Source: Vairimorpha necatrix (taxonomy: Eukaryota). From it: a stretch of DNA of 64,000 bases. Location of the stretch: assembly GCA_036630325.1 (NCBI GenBank), contig CP142737.1:744001-808000 (forward strand), given 5' to 3'. This document shows positions 60,431-64,000 of this stretch, in pieces (positions within the stretch are counted from its first letter, which is position 1; the number at the start of each line of letters is the position of its first letter). A program made the translations under genes and the position numbers. Below the pieces are notes generated by a model. That model was not told the origin of the DNA. It saw only the letters and a program-made list of their open reading frames with translations, and did not search any database.

Positions 60431-61630
60431 GTGGGGTACGATTTTTTTTTCTTTTATCTACTTTTTAATTTAGCAAACAAACAAAAAAACAAATAATTTT
60501 TTCTTGCTTAAGATATTGTTATTGCATTTATTATATGCTATTGAGAACTTTTCCGTTTTGTTTGTTATGAAATTTGTCATCGTGACGTGTGATATATGAC
60601 AATAAATTATTTTTTTTTGGTTTTTTACAAGAGAAATTTGTGCTTTTTAAAATTTTTGTCGGCTATGATGTTTTACTAAATGCGTCACATAATACTAATT
60701 TTTAAAAATTTAATTTTCTATTCTACTAACGTGTAGTTTTTGTTGAGATCTTTTCTTTTTGTGATATAAGATTCAAAACAAATAGATCTCCTTAATTATT
60801 AAAATATTTTGGATATTATATACATTTACTAAGCTACCATGTTTAATTAAATTTGTATTACTTTTTTTGATAAAATTAAAACATTTAAATCTTTAAGTCT
60901 GTTGTTATTTTATTTGAATTGTACTCATATAAAATTGTAGAAATAAATTTTTTAATTTAATGTATTAAAAATTGACTAAAAATATACAAAACTAATTTTG
61001 TGATTTAAGCATGGTCTCATCTTTAGTTGTTTCGTTTATAAACTACTCGTCTTCTGATACCTGTCATCCAGCAAACGGTAGACATCAGACTTAATCATTA
61101 TTTCCGATATATGTATAATACACAATCCTATAATGATGCCGTCCTTGAGCATTTTTTGGTGTTTGCACGTTTAATAAGATAAATATATTCTATAACTAGA
61201 GTAATTACATTCTTATCATCAAATATCTGAACTTCAGTTTGCATTATATAAATGACTAAAAGCTTTATTGTGTCTTTTTGGTACCTTTAGATTGTATATG
61301 CTTTTATAATATAGAATATAACAAGTGAGTTTGTTTTATTAGCAAACATAAAAGTTAATTTTTAATAATGTTACTACTAATTTAAAAATGGCGTGGTTTA
61401 AATATTTCATAATTATAAGGTTTAGATAAAGTTCTAAAATATAAACTTTGCTTTATAAAATACAAAACAATATTAATAGTTTTTTTATTTTTAAGATCTT
61501 TATTCATAAAATTAAGGGGGAAATATATAAATTTTGAAAGGCACCCGGGGTTTTCGTCCCGGTTTTAGGGGTTAAAAAAATAAAAAAAATAAAAAAAACG
61601 AACTTGTTTATTTTTTTATTTTTTACCCCT

Positions 61631-63010
61631 ATGACCTGGCCAAAAAGGATCATTAAAAGCAACAGGAATATGGATCAAATAATAGATAAAAATCTATATA
61701 TTTATAAAAAAAATAACAAAACTACTAAAAAGTGGCGTTGCAATGTACGAAGCTGTAATGCCAAAGCCTACAGTAGTATTGTTTACGTCAATAATTTCGA
61801 AACATTAATTATTTCTTCTGCTCATAATCATGAACCAAATCCTGAACTGGTCTGTAAGAAGAATAAAATAGATAAAATGAAACGGGAAATTATCGACAAA
61901 GATTCTCCTAGAAACATTCTTTCTGCCTTAAGAGGAGCTGGGGAAGAAACAATCGCCGCAATAGGTCCTATTGAGCCTATTGCAAGGATATTAAGGAATG
62001 CTCGGATGAATTCCTTTAATCCAAAACCATACGCCAACCAAAAATTGGGTTTATGTGTTGATTTTTTTTCAAACATACAGGCGAACAATGGTATCGATAT
62101 GAGCCTGAAAATTACGGGAGTGACGAACCCAATGACAGTATAATAATTTTTTATACAGATTCGGCTATAGTAAAATTGGCTCTATATGACGTGTGGGCGA
62201 TGGATGGGACCTTACGGTGGTTCCAATTTCATATTTTCAACTTTACACAGTAGTTTTATCCGTGATGCGCACGTATTTCCTATAATATTTGCAATTTTGA
62301 AAGAAAAAAGTTTTGAAACCTATTGTTTTTTTTTGTTTCAAATGTTAATGAAAAGGTTTCCAGAGCTCAACCCAAAGTTAATAAACCTGATTTTGAGTAT
62401 GCTGCGATAAGAGCATTTTCTATAGTTTTCCCGAATTGTCAAATTTCAGGTTGTCTTTTTCACTTAGCTCAGGCTATTGTTAGGCGTGTTAAAAGTTCAG
62501 GACTTTCTTCTGTTTACACATGTTTACCTATGATGAAAAAGTTTGTTTTGTCTCTTACGGCACTTGCATATGTTGAATATGACGAAATATTGTCTACTTT
62601 TTTGGAACTAAAACAAGACAGAAATTTTCCTGAATGCTCGACTGAGTTATATTGCTATTTCTTTACAAATTATATTGATTTAGGATGCCGTTTTCGCGAA
62701 TTTGTGGCACACGCGAAATAATATGGATATAGATTTTCCAAGAACGAATAATGCTATTGAAGGTTGGGTAATACCTTTAAAAACACATTTGGTACTAGTC
62801 GCTACAGTTTTTATCAATTAATGAGCAAGTTAAAAAATGAAGAAGATATAGTTAGAATGAAGATATTCCAACAAACAGTTTTAAATCATGTTTTCGAACG
62901 TAAACAAGAATACATAGATAAAAAGATTTAAATAGCTAATTTTTTGAATAAAACTGTGGATGAAGGGTTTGGTGCAGATTTTGTCTTTGAAATTATTGAA
63001 ATATTAAAGT
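61631..63010 (+). mobile_element. Degenerate Mutator (MULE) transposase; termini unresolved
   Basis: FLYWCH/WRKY-like WRC..C..HNH, WAMDG, DFEYAAIRAF..FP..GCLFHLAQA and PRTNNAIEGW across frameshifts. Confidence 0.85.
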
Positions 63011-63310
63011 TTCATTTTTATTTTTTTCGCCACAAGTTTCGTTCCGGTCACCGTTTAATCATCTATACGACAACGATGAAAATATAGTAGCATATTATAA
63101 CTTATTTAACACTATTGATAAAATAGAATCTATATTAATAAGAATTTAATAATTTATAGCTATAAAACACTACTTGACTTCAGAATGAAAACATAAAAAA
63201 TAATAGATTGAAGACAGGAAAATAATATAAAAAGAAGTGCTATGCAAATATTTGATATTTAGTATGAAACATACTACTAGTCTTTGAAACTATACTAATA
63301 TTTGAAAAAA

Positions 63311-63517
63311 CTATACAGATTTATTAAAAGGAGTGTCATTTTCTGAATAAAAACAGCAGTTCTTTCTGTTTCCGGATTTCATCGTGATAACTACAGAAGG
63401 TTGCGATTCTTTTGTATTTTCATTCGTAGTTTCAATAGTATTGTCGCTCTTTGATGCCGAAGAAATAGCAAATACTTGAAGAATAATACTTAACAAAGCA
63501 CCAAATGAAAGTTTCAT
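63311..63517 (-). CDS. Small putative secreted protein
   Basis: CCCC-A-ATG at 63517, signal peptide MKLSFGALLSIILQVFA. Confidence 0.55.
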   Translation of the reverse strand: MKLSFGALLSIILQVFAISSASKSDNTIETTNENTKESQPSVVITMKSGNRKNCCFYSENDTPFNKSV

Positions 63518-64000
63518 TGGGGTAAATTGAATTTTTTCTTTTATAGACAATTAATGTAAACAAACAATCTACTATTAAAAATTTACATCTATTAAAAATA
63601 AGGACAATAAACAGTCAAAAGGTCCTTTACAAAATAACATATTAAAATAAGATAGAAGTAGTAAACAAACAAACAATTTTTTAAAAATTGAAGTAGTAAA
63701 CAAACAAACATCTTTTTGCAAATGTCAAAATTTTTAATAGTATAATCAGGAAGCAAACAATAATTTTTCTTTTTAGATGTCAATTTGACCAATTTCCACT
63801 TTACGCCTCCCTACATATATAAATACCAATTTTTAAAAAATATCCCTTTTTTTGAAAAACCAAAATGTAAAAAAAGGAGGGGAAAATAAATAATTTATAA
63901 AGTAGAAAAAATAGTTTTATTAGGAGAAAGGATACTATTAGCCCACGCATTTAGGGCGCTACGATTTTTTTTCGAACCCCAAAAATGAAGTGCAAAAAAA

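Noticed and set aside
58176-60473. 765-aa plus-strand ORF
   Set aside because: Antisense shadow of the repetitive minus-strand gene, which has the signal peptide and CCC-ATG
61540-63055. TIRs for the MULE element
   Set aside because: GC-rich patches at both ends are not convincing inverted repeats and no TSD was found
63930-64000. GC-richer motif GGATACTATTAGCCCACGCATTTAGGGCG, possible transposon terminus (loosely similar to 35669-35700)
   Set aside because: No partner end or TSD within the window

Overview
AT-rich eukaryotic DNA with the signatures of a microsporidian (Nosema/Vairimorpha-like) genome: intronless, reduced genes with a CCC motif just upstream of the ATG, and a solitary 5S rRNA gene. 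A compact housekeeping island at 19.8-25.5 kb holds thioredoxin reductase, a SNAP-25/Sec9-like SNARE, Rna14, a Mad1 C-terminal-domain protein, a Ctr copper transporter and eL33; a proteasome beta subunit lies at 46.3-46.9 kb. The rest is rich in mobile DNA: three full-length Ty3/Gypsy elements with intact TSDs, a solo LTR, six RLE non-LTR fragments, and Tc1/mariner, Merlin and Mutator relics. Several lineage-specific signal-peptide genes are interspersed, including two GH19-like proteins lacking the catalytic Glu. Most notable are (1) a 3.2-kb Gypsy element with 48-bp LTRs, a very short Gag and no visible protease, and (2) a ~800-nt structured, tRNA-headed, poly(A)-tailed SINE-like element whose two copies share a near-identical 286-nt core. 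All calls come from reading the sequence; no database searches were run.
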